This document shows, one piece after another, positions 53,922 to 64,000 of a stretch of DNA of 64,000 nucleotides (the stretch's first letter is position 1; each line of letters opens with the position of its first letter). The notes under the pieces are model-generated. The model searched no databases. It had not been told where the DNA came from and saw only the letters and a list, made by a program, of their open reading frames with translations. The DNA comes from Chlamydiales bacterium. GTDB taxonomy: Bacteria; Chlamydiota; Chlamydiia; Chlamydiales; JAAZZY01. A program made the position numbers and the translations under genes. Where the stretch lies: contig CBDBKM010000013.1 of the NCBI GenBank assembly GCA_965206695.1, positions 167,961-231,960 on the forward strand, in the 5' to 3' direction.

Positions 53922-53994
53922 TTGCGGGAGAAGGATTCGAACCTCCGACCTTTGGGTTATGAGCCCAACGAGCTGACCACTGCTCCATCCCGCG
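53922..53994 (-). tRNA. Initiator tRNA-fMet (CAT)
   Basis: C1:A72 mismatch, GGG/CCC anticodon stem, CGCGGGATGGAGCAG... Confidence 0.93.
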
Positions 53995-54098
53995 TCTAAA
54001 AGAAAAAAGTAGTTTAGTATATCTATTCTTTTAACACAATAGCGAAGTGTAATAACTATAAGATCTTTAGAAAAATGGATAAAAAATAGATTCTTTAA

Positions 54099-55866
54099 CC
54101 GACATTCCTAGACCTCTAAACAAGTTTTTCTAATTAAGCCATACATCCTCATTGCAGTCTTTCCAAACAAAACAATAATCTTTTTCCGAAGACGGGTTAA
54201 ATTTGTGATCATTTCTTTACAAATTCTCCGGGAAGTCTTCTGAAAAAAACGGATTATTCCGATACCTTCCATAATTTGGAAAATCCATCTTAATGTTGGA
54301 TTTTTGACTTCCTTTCCTAATTGGTTGGGTAATGTCTCTTCTGTTTCTATCAATTTTTGTCGAAGTTGATATTGTCCGATATTATAAACCATTAAACACA
54401 ATGTCATAACCATCATTAATGCTTCAATGCGTCGAGGGGTTTTTAAAAAAATAGAATCAACCATAAACCAAGGATCTTTTAAAAAGCGAAACCCTCCTTC
54501 AACCTTTTGCTGTTCTTTATATTCTTCTAACATCATCTCATCTTTATAATTTTCTCTATCGGTGTCATTCGTAGCTAAAATAAACCGTCCTTTTCTATTC
54601 ATCAGTTTATTAATTTCTTCTTCTTCCCTTTCAAAGCTAGCATGAATCTTGTATCCAACAACTTGTTTTTCCTCTCCTTGTTTAGGTTTGCCTAATTTAC
54701 CATATTTTAGAATCGGCAATATCTCACTATTCATGGAATATAAATGATTTTTTTTAGTCAATCTGCCCCAAGCTTTTTTAGCATCACTTTCGCATTTAAA
54801 TTCCTCATTACCCAAATGCCAAAGTTGTTTCTTGAGCTTTTCTTCTGCCTTGGTCAATTTTTTTTCTAATGATTTTATCTCTCTCTGATAGGCTTGCTCT
54901 GAAAAAACCAAAAGCCATCTTTGTTTAATCTCTCCATAAAAAGAGGTGAAGCTGCATGTTTTATATCCTTTCTCCTGATCAATCCAATCAATTTCTTCTT
55001 CCGGTTTTTCTACTAATCTTTTTGCTTCTCCTATTATCTCGGGAACTCGGGTGAGCCATTTATAATCATTATTTTTTAAGAGCTTTTCTTTTGTGTATAA
55101 CGCTGAATCGGCAACCCACTTAAACTTTGTTTTTACATCAATCTGTTGTTGAAATTCACTGATTTTTTTGAGCGTCTCATGAAAACTTGCTTTATCAGAA
55201 CTATTGCCGTCTAAGGCTTCCATCCATAGAGGCATAGAACTCGGACCATTGGTAACGAGAGAAAGTACAACTTGTTTCAAATCAGGTCTATGATCTTTAG
55301 AATAACCCTGCTTAATCTCAATCACTTGCGGATCATCTTTCACTTCATACGACCCATGAACGGAAAAGCTTGTTGTATCTAGATGATGCGTTTTTTGTAG
55401 TAAATCATGGTCTAGGGCTATTCCAAAAGAAACTTCAGCAAATAATTTACTGCTCCCATATTTCGCAATATCATCCAAAGCATGACCTAAAGTATAATCT
55501 GTGAGATCTTCTGCTCGAAGATCGTTGCCAAGTAAATTCTCTATCGATTTAGAAGCAAAAAATTGATGTGTTAGGTAGAGACGTCTATTAGTAAACCCTA
55601 ATCCATTCAGAATCATTGCAATTACTGCCTGTCCCGCACTTACTTTTCTTTGTGGATGATTTTTTAATCCGGTATCAATCCTTTCCGCTACCTTTAGATC
55701 GCTGCAAAGTGCTGCAATTAATCCATGGTGATCCATGTTCACTGTTTGAATATTATCTCCTGCAACTTCCGGCATAACTTTTCTCCTTGTATCAAATAAA
55801 AAGTAACAGGATAGGCAATCTATAATTCTAATTCAAAAAAAATATCTTACGGTCTAGGAATGTCGG
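54099..55866 (-). mobile_element. IS1634-family element, intact 555-aa transposase (54108-55775)
   Basis: 16-bp IR CCGACATTCCTAGACC; 6-bp TSD CTTTAA; HLDTTS, GYSKDHRPDLKQ, VADSALY, VEGGFRFLK. Confidence 0.95.
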
Positions 55867-56066
55867 CTTTAAGAGCGATTTTTACTCGTTTCATTAGACA
55901 AACAGGCTTTCTATCTTTTAAAAACTAAATACCTTAATATAAATATATTCCGTTATAATCAAATAAAAACTTAAATTACTTGATTATATTTAATATAGTG
56001 TACTTGTTAGATAGCTGTAAATATTGTTAATATATAATAAAGGAAATAATTATGATTTTAAGTTCT

Positions 56067-57344
56067 TCAGATAAGTCCTTGAATGATCTTCCAGGTCTTA
56101 TCAGTAGCACCCTTACTTGATTTATAAACCAATCGACCATTTTCACCTAGCCGACGCCTTGCCTTTTTTTCCGATAATAATCTCATCAATTGATCTTTCA
56201 AGTCTTCTATTTGAACTTGCAAGCCCGATTGATATTGTGCCATCATTTGGAGTAAGGTTTTTTGAGAATGCATAAAAGGTCCACAAAGAACAGGTACCCC
56301 ATAGTTTGAAGGCTCCAATATATTATGACCGCCAACCTTTTTTGTAAAACTACCCGCAACAATAGCTAAATCAGCTAACTGGTAACAATTACACAAAATT
56401 CCCAGAACATCAATTAAAACAATCTTCTCCTCCCCTGTTCTATTCTCCTTTTCAGTATAGCGAAAAGAAGGTAGTGAGTATTTGTTTATGAGATTCCAAA
56501 CAGTATTAAATCTTTCCGGATGACGAGGAATGACCAAAATCTTAAGATTGGTGAAATAGTCAAAAAAAGGCAATAAGACATCTAACAACAATTTCTCTTC
56601 CGGATTATGAGAAGAGCCTATAACCAAAACTTGATCTGTATCTTTAATACCTATTTCATCTTTGAAATCTTGTAATTCAATGTCTGATAAAAAAGGCTGT
56701 TCATGGTCTAATTTTAAATTTCCCGTTATCGAAAGTTTACTTTCTTGAATACCTAAACAATAGAATCTTTTTTGATATACTGCATCTTGCAAGCAAAAAT
56801 GATCGATTAAAGAAAAAAAACGGTGAGCGACAAAAGGGAATACATTAAAACGTTTAAACGATCTCTCAGAGATTTTAGCATTTACCGTAAAACACTTCGC
56901 TCCCAGTTTTTTGGCAATATATAAGAAATTATACCAGACATCCGTTTCTGCTAAAATGACCACGTCGGGCATAGCACGTTTTAAAATAGGTCGAATAATA
57001 TAGCCTAAATCAAAAGGTAGATAGACGTGATAATCAGCCATTTGAAGCGTTTTTTTTGCCTCAGCATGACCCGTTTCTGTAATAGATGAAATGACAATAG
57101 TTGCATTTGAATTATTCTCTTGGATCAACTTAATCAATTTAGAGACGGCTAAAGTCTCCCCTACCGAAACGGCATGTATCCAAAAAAGCATACCTTTTCC
57201 CTTTTTTATCTTTGGAAAACCTATCCCTAGACGTAAAAAGCAGTTTGTACGATATTTTTTATGTACAACGACCTGAAAGATAAAAAACGGGAAATACAAC
57301 AAAGCTAAAATATGAAGGATCACTTCGTATAATATCGTAAACAT
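56067..57344 (-). CDS. waaA: Kdo transferase
   Basis: WIHAVSVGE, PRHPERF, GGHNILEP. Confidence 0.96.
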   Translation of the reverse strand: MFTILYEVILHILALLYFPFFIFQVVVHKKYRTNCFLRLGIGFPKIKKGKGMLFWIHAVSVGETLAVSKLIKLIQENNSNATIVISSITETGHAEAKKTLQMADYHVYLPFDLGYIIRPILKRAMPDVVILAETDVWYNFLYIAKKLGAKCFTVNAKISERSFKRFNVFPFVAHRFFSLIDHFCLQDAVYQKRFYCLGIQESKLSITGNLKLDHEQPFLSDIELQDFKDEIGIKDTDQVLVIGSSHNPEEKLLLDVLLPFFDYFTNLKILVIPRHPERFNTVWNLINKYSLPSFRYTEKENRTGEEKIVLIDVLGILCNCYQLADLAIVAGSFTKKVGGHNILEPSNYGVPVLCGPFMHSQKTLLQMMAQYQSGLQVQIEDLKDQLMRLLSEKKARRRLGENGRLVYKSSKGATDKTWKIIQGLI

Positions 57345-57348
57345 TCAA

Positions 57349-59928
57349 CTATTTTTTCATTACAAAATTTATTAATTTATTGGGCACAAAGACCAATTTG
57401 ATAATATCACCTGTTAGATATTTTTTTATATTCGGGTTTTCCTCAGCAAGTTTTATAATAGTTTCTTGCGTAAGGTCCCTTGGAAGATCGAAGCGGCCCC
57501 TTAACTTTCCATTAACCTGAACAATGTACGTGACTGTATCATCCTGTAAATAACTCGGATTAACTTCAATAAATGGGCAAAAACTTAGTTCTTCCGTAAA
57601 GCCTAAATGCTCCCATAGTTCTTGAGAAATGTGAGGAGCGAAAGAACTAAGGCATTGTATGGTCATTTTTAACACGTCTTTAGGATAAGTAGAAAGTTTT
57701 GTAAAATCATTCACAAAAGTCATCATTTTGGCTATGGCTGTATTAAATTGTAATTCTTCAATATCTTGTGTTACCCCATGAACTAAACGATGGCCTAACT
57801 TTAAAGCTTGCTCTATTGATTTATCAGTCACTTTATCTGATACGCACAACTCAAAAAAACGATTGAGAAAACGCTTACAACCCCCTACTCCTTCAGTCTT
57901 CCAAATCTTCTCTTTATCAATGGGGCCCATGAACATTTCGTATAATCTAAGAGCATCTGCCCCATACTCTTCTATAATTTCATCCGGGCTAATTCCATTT
58001 AATTTAGACTTACTCATTTTATCTACTTGATCAAACAATTTCTCATTCGTCTTAGCATGATAAAATTCTCCTTCTTTTTTCAAAACTTCATCTAAAGAAA
58101 CATACACATTATTAGCTGTTCGATAGGAAGTCGCTGTAACCAGCCCTTGATTACATAATTTTTGAAAAGGCTCTTTAGTCGTAACAAGTCCGCAATCATA
58201 TAAAACCTTATGCCAAAATCTCGCATAAAGTAGATGGAGTACGGCATGTTCAGCTCCACCGATATATAAATCGACAGGCATCCAGTAATTCTCTTTATTC
58301 TTGTCCCACGCCTCTTGAGTATTTTTAGGGTCGCAAAAACGCAGATAATACCAACAAGAACCCGCCCATTGTGGCATAGTATTCGTTTCTCGATAGGCCT
58401 TTTTCCCTGTTTTAGAATCAATGATTTCCACCCAATCTTGTGCAGTAGCTAAAGGGCTTTCACCGGTAGGAGAAGGTTTAAAATTAGCAACCTCAGGAGA
58501 TATCAAAGGTAATTCATCAATATCTAGGGTTCTGATTGTTCCATCTTCTAAATGAAGCACAGGAAATGGTTCTCCCCAATATCGTTGTCTCGAAAATAAC
58601 CAATCTCTTATTTTATAGTTAATTTTTTTTATGCCGAAACCTTTTGTTTCCACCCAGTTGGTCATATATTTTTTGGCTTTCGATACATTCATCCCATCAA
58701 TTGAGACATCTTCATGAGAGCTATTGATTAATATACCGTCATTAGGCCAGCATCGTTTTCCATTTAGTACCTCAACTCTTAACTTAATCCAATCCTCGTC
58801 ATCACCTAACAACTCTTCCTGCTTTTGCACTCCGGGATCGATAACTGCTATAATTGGGATTTTGAATGTGCAAGCAAATTCAAAATCTCTTTCATCATGA
58901 GCAGGAACAGCCATAATAGCACCTGTTCCATAGGATACCAATACATAGTCAGAAATCCAGATAGGGACTTTTTTGTTATTAACAGGATTAATTGCATAGC
59001 TTCCGGTCCACACGCCTGTCTTCTTTTTACTTAACCCTGTACGTTCCAGGTCACTTTTCGTAGTAGCTTTTTTAATATAATCAGTAACAGCCACTTGCTG
59101 CTCTTGAGTCATGATCTGTTTAACTAAAGGATGCTCGGGCGCCAAGACAAGAAATGTTGCTCCAAAAAGAGTATCGGGACAAGTTGTAAACACAGAGATA
59201 ACCTCCTGCGTTTTCTCTTCTTTAAAATAAAGTTGAGCTCCTTCACTACGTCCAATCCAGTTATGTTGCAGTTTCTTTAGTCCTTCCGGCCAATCAAGAT
59301 CTTCTAAGTCATCAAGCAACCGTTCAGCATAAGCGGTTATTTTTAACACCCATTGCCTTAAAGGTCTTCGTTCAACAGGATAACCACCTAGTTTAGAAAG
59401 TCCTCCCTCTACCTCTTCGTTGGATAAAACGGTACCTAATTGAGGGCAAAAATTCACATGAACCATTGCTTCATATGCTAATTCTTTTTCATAAAGCTTA
59501 GTGAAAATCCATTGTGTCCATTTGTAGTAATCAGGATCACTAGTAGCAATTTCTCTATCCCAGTCATAGCTAAACCCTAACTGCTTTAATTGCTTACGAA
59601 TATTATTAATATTTTTTTTAGTTGTTGTTGCCGGGTGTGTACCCGTTCTGACAGCATATTGTTCAGCAGGTAGACCAAAACTATCCCATCCCATGGGATG
59701 CAGAACATTAAAACCTTTTTGACGTTTATATCGTGCCATAATGTCAGTTGCGGTATATCCGACAGGATGTCCAACATGTAAACCCGCACCGGAAGGATAA
59801 GGGAACATATCCAGTACATAATATTTCGGTTTTTTGTCATCCGGCTCGCACTTAAAGACTTTATTTTCTTCCCAGTGTTTTTGCCACCTGGGTTCAAGTA
59901 ATTTATGATTATATGTTTTCTTTTCCAT
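57349..59928 (-). CDS. leuS: Leucine--tRNA ligase
   Basis: MFPYPSG.GLHVGH, KMSKS. Confidence 0.98.
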   Translation of the reverse strand: MEKKTYNHKLLEPRWQKHWEENKVFKCEPDDKKPKYYVLDMFPYPSGAGLHVGHPVGYTATDIMARYKRQKGFNVLHPMGWDSFGLPAEQYAVRTGTHPATTTKKNINNIRKQLKQLGFSYDWDREIATSDPDYYKWTQWIFTKLYEKELAYEAMVHVNFCPQLGTVLSNEEVEGGLSKLGGYPVERRPLRQWVLKITAYAERLLDDLEDLDWPEGLKKLQHNWIGRSEGAQLYFKEEKTQEVISVFTTCPDTLFGATFLVLAPEHPLVKQIMTQEQQVAVTDYIKKATTKSDLERTGLSKKKTGVWTGSYAINPVNNKKVPIWISDYVLVSYGTGAIMAVPAHDERDFEFACTFKIPIIAVIDPGVQKQEELLGDDEDWIKLRVEVLNGKRCWPNDGILINSSHEDVSIDGMNVSKAKKYMTNWVETKGFGIKKINYKIRDWLFSRQRYWGEPFPVLHLEDGTIRTLDIDELPLISPEVANFKPSPTGESPLATAQDWVEIIDSKTGKKAYRETNTMPQWAGSCWYYLRFCDPKNTQEAWDKNKENYWMPVDLYIGGAEHAVLHLLYARFWHKVLYDCGLVTTKEPFQKLCNQGLVTATSYRTANNVYVSLDEVLKKEGEFYHAKTNEKLFDQVDKMSKSKLNGISPDEIIEEYGADALRLYEMFMGPIDKEKIWKTEGVGGCKRFLNRFFELCVSDKVTDKSIEQALKLGHRLVHGVTQDIEELQFNTAIAKMMTFVNDFTKLSTYPKDVLKMTIQCLSSFAPHISQELWEHLGFTEELSFCPFIEVNPSYLQDDTVTYIVQVNGKLRGRFDLPRDLTQETIIKLAEENPNIKKYLTGDIIKLVFVPNKLINFVMKK

Positions 59929-60069
59929 CTTATTAAAAAAAATTTACTGTTATAAAAAAATTTTGGCCCTTACTTTTAAGGAAACCACGTGATACAATTA
60001 TGATGTAATTAAAAATAATTCACAGCCTCATTAAAAAGAGAATTTATAATAGCAGAAAGCCGAACATTT

Positions 60070-62289
60070 ATGATAAAGAAAAAAGCAACTTCTCAAAAAA
60101 GGCCTCGAAATAAAGCTTATAAGATTGAAAAGACACTGGAAAAAGCTCTTCTAAAGTTTTTTGAAAGTCCTGCTTACAAACCCATGTCTTTACTTGATAT
60201 CTGTAAAAATCTTGAAATCGCCAAGGAACTCGAGTCCATCTGTCATGAGGTTTTACAATCGTTGATTCGCAAAGAAAAAATCCACTTAAAAGAGAGTAAA
60301 TACGCTATCAATACTAAAGAAGAGATTACATTTATCGGTATTTTTCATAAACACCACCGAGGTTTTGGTTTTGTGCAACCGGAAGATCTTACCCTTTGTC
60401 CGGATGACGTCTTTATTCCCAAACATTTGACACATAACGCAATTGACGGAGATACAGTTCGATTTGTTATCTTGAATAAAGGAGCGACGCAGAAAGGGCC
60501 TGACGGAAAAATCACAAAAATCATCTCAAGAGCGCATAATACCTTAGCCGGTACCGTTCTTTCCGTTGATTCTAATAAGAAAGTTATTCTCTTTTGTCCT
60601 CTTTTAGGACAAGATCGATATGCTGTTTTAGACCAATCCAAACAAAAAAATTTGAAAATTGGCGATCGCATCAGCATGTGTATTATTGATTGGGGAGAAA
60701 AAGAAGGAAACGTTATCGTTGAAATGGACAAATATATTGGCCACATTTCCGATCCTTCAAAAGATATTTCGGCAGCCCTTATTGAATTCGATTTAAAGCA
60801 TATCTTCTCTAAAAATATCATGGAAGAAGTGAAACAGTTCTCTACTAAGGTAACACAAAGTGACCTAGTAGATAGAGAAGATTTAAGAGATGTAGAATGT
60901 ATCACTATTGACCCTGATACAGCTAAAGACTTTGATGATGCTCTATCTATTCAAAAAGACAAAAAAGGAAACTTTCATCTTGGAGTTCATATTGCGGATG
61001 TGTCTCATTATGTAAAACCCAATACCGCTTTAGATAAAGAAGCCGGTAATCGCTGTAACTCCACTTATTTTCCTGGAAAGTGCGTTCCCATGCTACCGCC
61101 TGAGCTATCTGAAAATCTATGTAGTCTAAAACCCAAAATACCTCGATTAACCATCTCTGTCTTATTACAATATGATTCCAAAGGTATTTTACTTGATTAC
61201 AAGATTTATCGTTCAGTTATACGTAGCCGGAAACGATACACTTATAAAGAGGCTAAATTGATTTTGGAAAACAAGATGAAAAGCCCTTTTGCTCAGAAAA
61301 TTAATGAAATGGTTGAACTGTGTCATTTATTAAAAGAACAAAAGGCAAAAAGAGGTTGCATAGACCTAGCGCTACCTTCCAATGTTATTATCGTGGATGA
61401 TAAAGGAGTCCCTCTTTCAACTGCAATCGAACAATATGATATTACGCATCAACTGGTAGAAGAGTTTATGTTACAGGCAAACGAAATGATCGCTTCTCAT
61501 TTGGACCAACAAAAAAAACCACTAACTTTTCGAATTCATGAGGAGCCTGATGAAGACAGCTTAAAAGAATTTGCAATCACGGCAGCTGCCTTTGGATTTA
61601 AAATCTCTGAAAAACCTAATGCTAAAGAACTACAACAAATTTTTGCCGAATCTAACGGATCGCCATACAGTGAGCAATTAGCAATAAAATTTATTAAATG
61701 TATGAAACTTGCCTATTATTCCCCCGATAATGTTGGCCATTTTGGACTGAGATTAACTCATTATTGTCATTTTACCAGTCCTATCCGTCGTTATGTTGAT
61801 TTAATTGTTCATCGTATTTTGTTTAATGAACACGATGAGAATAAAGATTTAAAATCCCTTGCTAATAAGTGTAGCGAACAAGAAAGAATTAGCGCTAGAG
61901 CCGAAAATCATGTACGTCTATTAAAAAGCTTACGCTTATTAAACACGTATCATTTAGAGGACCCCTCTAAAAAATTTGACGCAATCATAACAAAAGTTCG
62001 CGGTCAGGGTATTATTTTTGAATTGATTGACTTTATGATTGAAGGTTTCATTCATATTTCTAGACTAGATGATGATTATTTTATATTCGATCCCAAGAAA
62101 ATGTGTCTGAAGGCGACTAATCATCATCAACTACGTTATGGAATAGGCGATTCCATTAAAGTCCTTATCGATAATATTGATTTCATAACTCTGCAAAGTT
62201 CTTGGCTTCTAGCCGGTAAACAGCTTGAAAAGAAAAGTAAACCCAAGAAAAAAAAATTTTTTGGTAGGAGAAAGCCCAAATCCGAATGA
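60070..62289 (+). CDS. rnr: Ribonuclease R
   Basis: TIDPDTAKDFDDA, HFTSPIRRY, S1 domain, basic tail. Confidence 0.96.
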   Translation: MIKKKATSQKRPRNKAYKIEKTLEKALLKFFESPAYKPMSLLDICKNLEIAKELESICHEVLQSLIRKEKIHLKESKYAINTKEEITFIGIFHKHHRGFGFVQPEDLTLCPDDVFIPKHLTHNAIDGDTVRFVILNKGATQKGPDGKITKIISRAHNTLAGTVLSVDSNKKVILFCPLLGQDRYAVLDQSKQKNLKIGDRISMCIIDWGEKEGNVIVEMDKYIGHISDPSKDISAALIEFDLKHIFSKNIMEEVKQFSTKVTQSDLVDREDLRDVECITIDPDTAKDFDDALSIQKDKKGNFHLGVHIADVSHYVKPNTALDKEAGNRCNSTYFPGKCVPMLPPELSENLCSLKPKIPRLTISVLLQYDSKGILLDYKIYRSVIRSRKRYTYKEAKLILENKMKSPFAQKINEMVELCHLLKEQKAKRGCIDLALPSNVIIVDDKGVPLSTAIEQYDITHQLVEEFMLQANEMIASHLDQQKKPLTFRIHEEPDEDSLKEFAITAAAFGFKISEKPNAKELQQIFAESNGSPYSEQLAIKFIKCMKLAYYSPDNVGHFGLRLTHYCHFTSPIRRYVDLIVHRILFNEHDENKDLKSLANKCSEQERISARAENHVRLLKSLRLLNTYHLEDPSKKFDAIITKVRGQGIIFELIDFMIEGFIHISRLDDDYFIFDPKKMCLKATNHHQLRYGIGDSIKVLIDNIDFITLQSSWLLAGKQLEKKSKPKKKKFFGRRKPKSE

Positions 62290-62865
62290 GCAAAATCCCT
62301 CTTTCCTTTTATCAACAAGATGATGTCGTTTCTCTTAGTCGTTTACTATTAGGCAAATATCTTTTTACCTGTATCGATGGAAACGAAATTACCGGTGGGA
62401 TCATTACTGAAACAGAAGCTTATAGAGGACCGGAGGATAAAGCATCCCATGCTTATAATAATCGACGCACCCAACGTAATGAAATGATGTATCATGCAGG
62501 TGGAACAAGCTACGTTTATCTATGTTACGGCATTCATTTTCTTTTTAATATTGTCACAAATATTAAAGAGATCCCGCATGCTATTCTGATAAGAAGCATC
62601 TCTCCAACTCACGGGATTCAAACTATCTTGAAACGAAGAAAACAACAACAACTCACCTCTTACATTATTTCCGGCCCCGGTACCCTAACGCAAGGTTTAG
62701 GAATAACATTAGCTCAAAACGGCGGTTCGCTAGTTAAAACAACAATCTGGCTTGAAGATCGCAAAGAAAATTTAAATAATAAAAATATTTTGGCTCTCCC
62801 CTCGAATCGGTATAGATTATGCAAAAGAAGATGCAAAATTACCCTGGAGATTTTGCTTAAAATGA
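62286..62865 (+). pseudogene. mpg: 3-methyladenine DNA glycosylase (Mpg/Aag) with a +1 frameshift near the C-terminus (or sequencing error)
   Basis: ETEAY, YVYLCYG, SGPG; conserved RIGIDYA...LPWRF lies in the shifted frame after CCCC 62798-62801. Confidence 0.85.
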
Positions 62866-62911
62866 ATTTTATGTTACAGTGTGTGAGCTCAACTTTTAGT
62901 ATAAGGTTTTA

Positions 62912-63601
62912 ATGAAAAAGTATTTTCTTACAGGTCTTATGACACTGCTGCCTTTAGCCGTTACAATTGCTATTGCTATTTTCATTATTGATTTTTTAAC
63001 TCAACCTTTTTTGGGTGTGGTACAAAATTTCTTGAGCCATTACCCCTATCTTCAAAAAGGCTTTCTTTTTCTTAATTCCGAGCAAGTTTTACGCATTGGC
63101 AGCCAATTCTTAATCCTTATTGTCCTATTTTTCTTTACTATTTTCTTAGGTTTTATCACCCGTTGGTTTTTGTTTAAATCTCTTTTAAAGTGCGGCGATT
63201 TTATTCTGCATCGTATTCCGATCATTAATAAGCTTTATAAAACTATGCAGGAAGTCATTCAGACTATTTTTACCGCTCAAAATAACACTTTCAAAAAAGT
63301 CGTTATTGTTGAGTTTCCTTATAAGGATGTGTTTTGTATAGGCCTTTTAAGTCGAGAATCACCGGACATATGTAACAAAGCTACCAATAATAACCTCGTC
63401 TCAGTATTTGTTCCAACGACTCCCAATCCCACTTCGGGCTATCTTGTGTTGTATGCTAAAGAAGACATGCAAGAAATCGATATGACCGTAGAGGAAGCCG
63501 TTAAATTTATTGTTTCTTGTGGTGTGATATCTCCCAATCATGATAAACATAATGAAGAAAAATCAACTTTCCACAACCCGGAACCTGATGTATCCACTTA
63601 A
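62912..63601 (+). CDS. DUF502-family membrane protein
   Basis: KYFLTGL..LLP..VT, RIPII..LY, FVPTTPNPTSG. Confidence 0.88.
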   Translation: MKKYFLTGLMTLLPLAVTIAIAIFIIDFLTQPFLGVVQNFLSHYPYLQKGFLFLNSEQVLRIGSQFLILIVLFFFTIFLGFITRWFLFKSLLKCGDFILHRIPIINKLYKTMQEVIQTIFTAQNNTFKKVVIVEFPYKDVFCIGLLSRESPDICNKATNNNLVSVFVPTTPNPTSGYLVLYAKEDMQEIDMTVEEAVKFIVSCGVISPNHDKHNEEKSTFHNPEPDVST

Positions 63602-63604
63602 AAA

Positions 63605-64000
63605 ATGAAAAAATATTTTCTAACAGGTCTTATTATCTTACTCCCTGTAGCTATTACCCTTATGATCATTGTGTTTATCTTAAACATATTGACTAAGCCC
63701 TTTGCTCATTCTATTGAAGAGTGGCTTGCGAATTATGATGTTTTTCTTCAAGTCTCTACCAAAACATTACATCATTTTGTACAAATTATTATTCTAGTAT
63801 TTTTAGTCATCTTTACTTTTTTTCTGGGTTTTTTTACGCGACTTTTCTTTATAAAAACTCTCATAAAAATAGCGGATTCTCTACTTAATAAAGTTCCTAT
63901 TATCAATAAAATTTACAAGACTTCCAAAGATATTGCCAAAACTCTTTTTTCTCCTGAAACCACGGCTTTCAAACAAGTGGTTTTAGTTCCTTTTCCGGAT
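63605..64000 (+). CDS. Second DUF502-family protein (partial)
   Basis: MKKYFLTGLIILLPVAIT...KVPIINKIYK..FKQVVLVPFP; runs off the window end. Confidence 0.85.
   Translation, partial: MKKYFLTGLIILLPVAITLMIIVFILNILTKPFAHSIEEWLANYDVFLQVSTKTLHHFVQIIILVFLVIFTFFLGFFTRLFFIKTLIKIADSLLNKVPIINKIYKTSKDIAKTLFSPETTAFKQVVLVPFPD

Noticed and set aside
60345..60905. 186-aa minus ORF and similar nested ORFs in leuS, zwf, glgA and the transposases
   Set aside because: Fully overlap well-supported genes; no independent signals

Overview
AT-rich chromosomal segment of an environmental member of the Chlamydiae. This is inferred from conserved gene orders (pgsA-glgA-tRNA-Gln-prs-rplY-pth-rpsF-rpsR-rplI-ispE, maf-HEAT protein-LptD-like, waaA-leuS) and a PPi-dependent PFK. 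Housekeeping blocks alternate with dense, nested IS graveyards (IS4, IS256, IS982, three IS630 types, IS5, IS1595, IS1634, IS200/IS605 tnpB, two MITEs) that have broken several host genes. Three tRNAs and the SRP RNA are present; no CRISPR or rRNA was seen. The most notable observations are: (1) a window-wide CCGG excess with repeated CTGG->CCGG (Trp->Arg) changes in dead genes, suggesting a CCGG-directed very-short-patch repair or mutator activity encoded outside the window; (2) a 407-codon gene that appears to start at ATA behind a consensus promoter and SD; (3) a triplicated 53-bp promoter unit upstream of sdaA-pfp; (4) candidate secreted effectors (a paralog pair, a membrane J-domain protein, a repeat protein cut by three ISs); (5) a tnpB with an intact right end interrupted by two IS630s. 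I found no clearly new multi-gene system. All family calls are by motif recognition, not database search.
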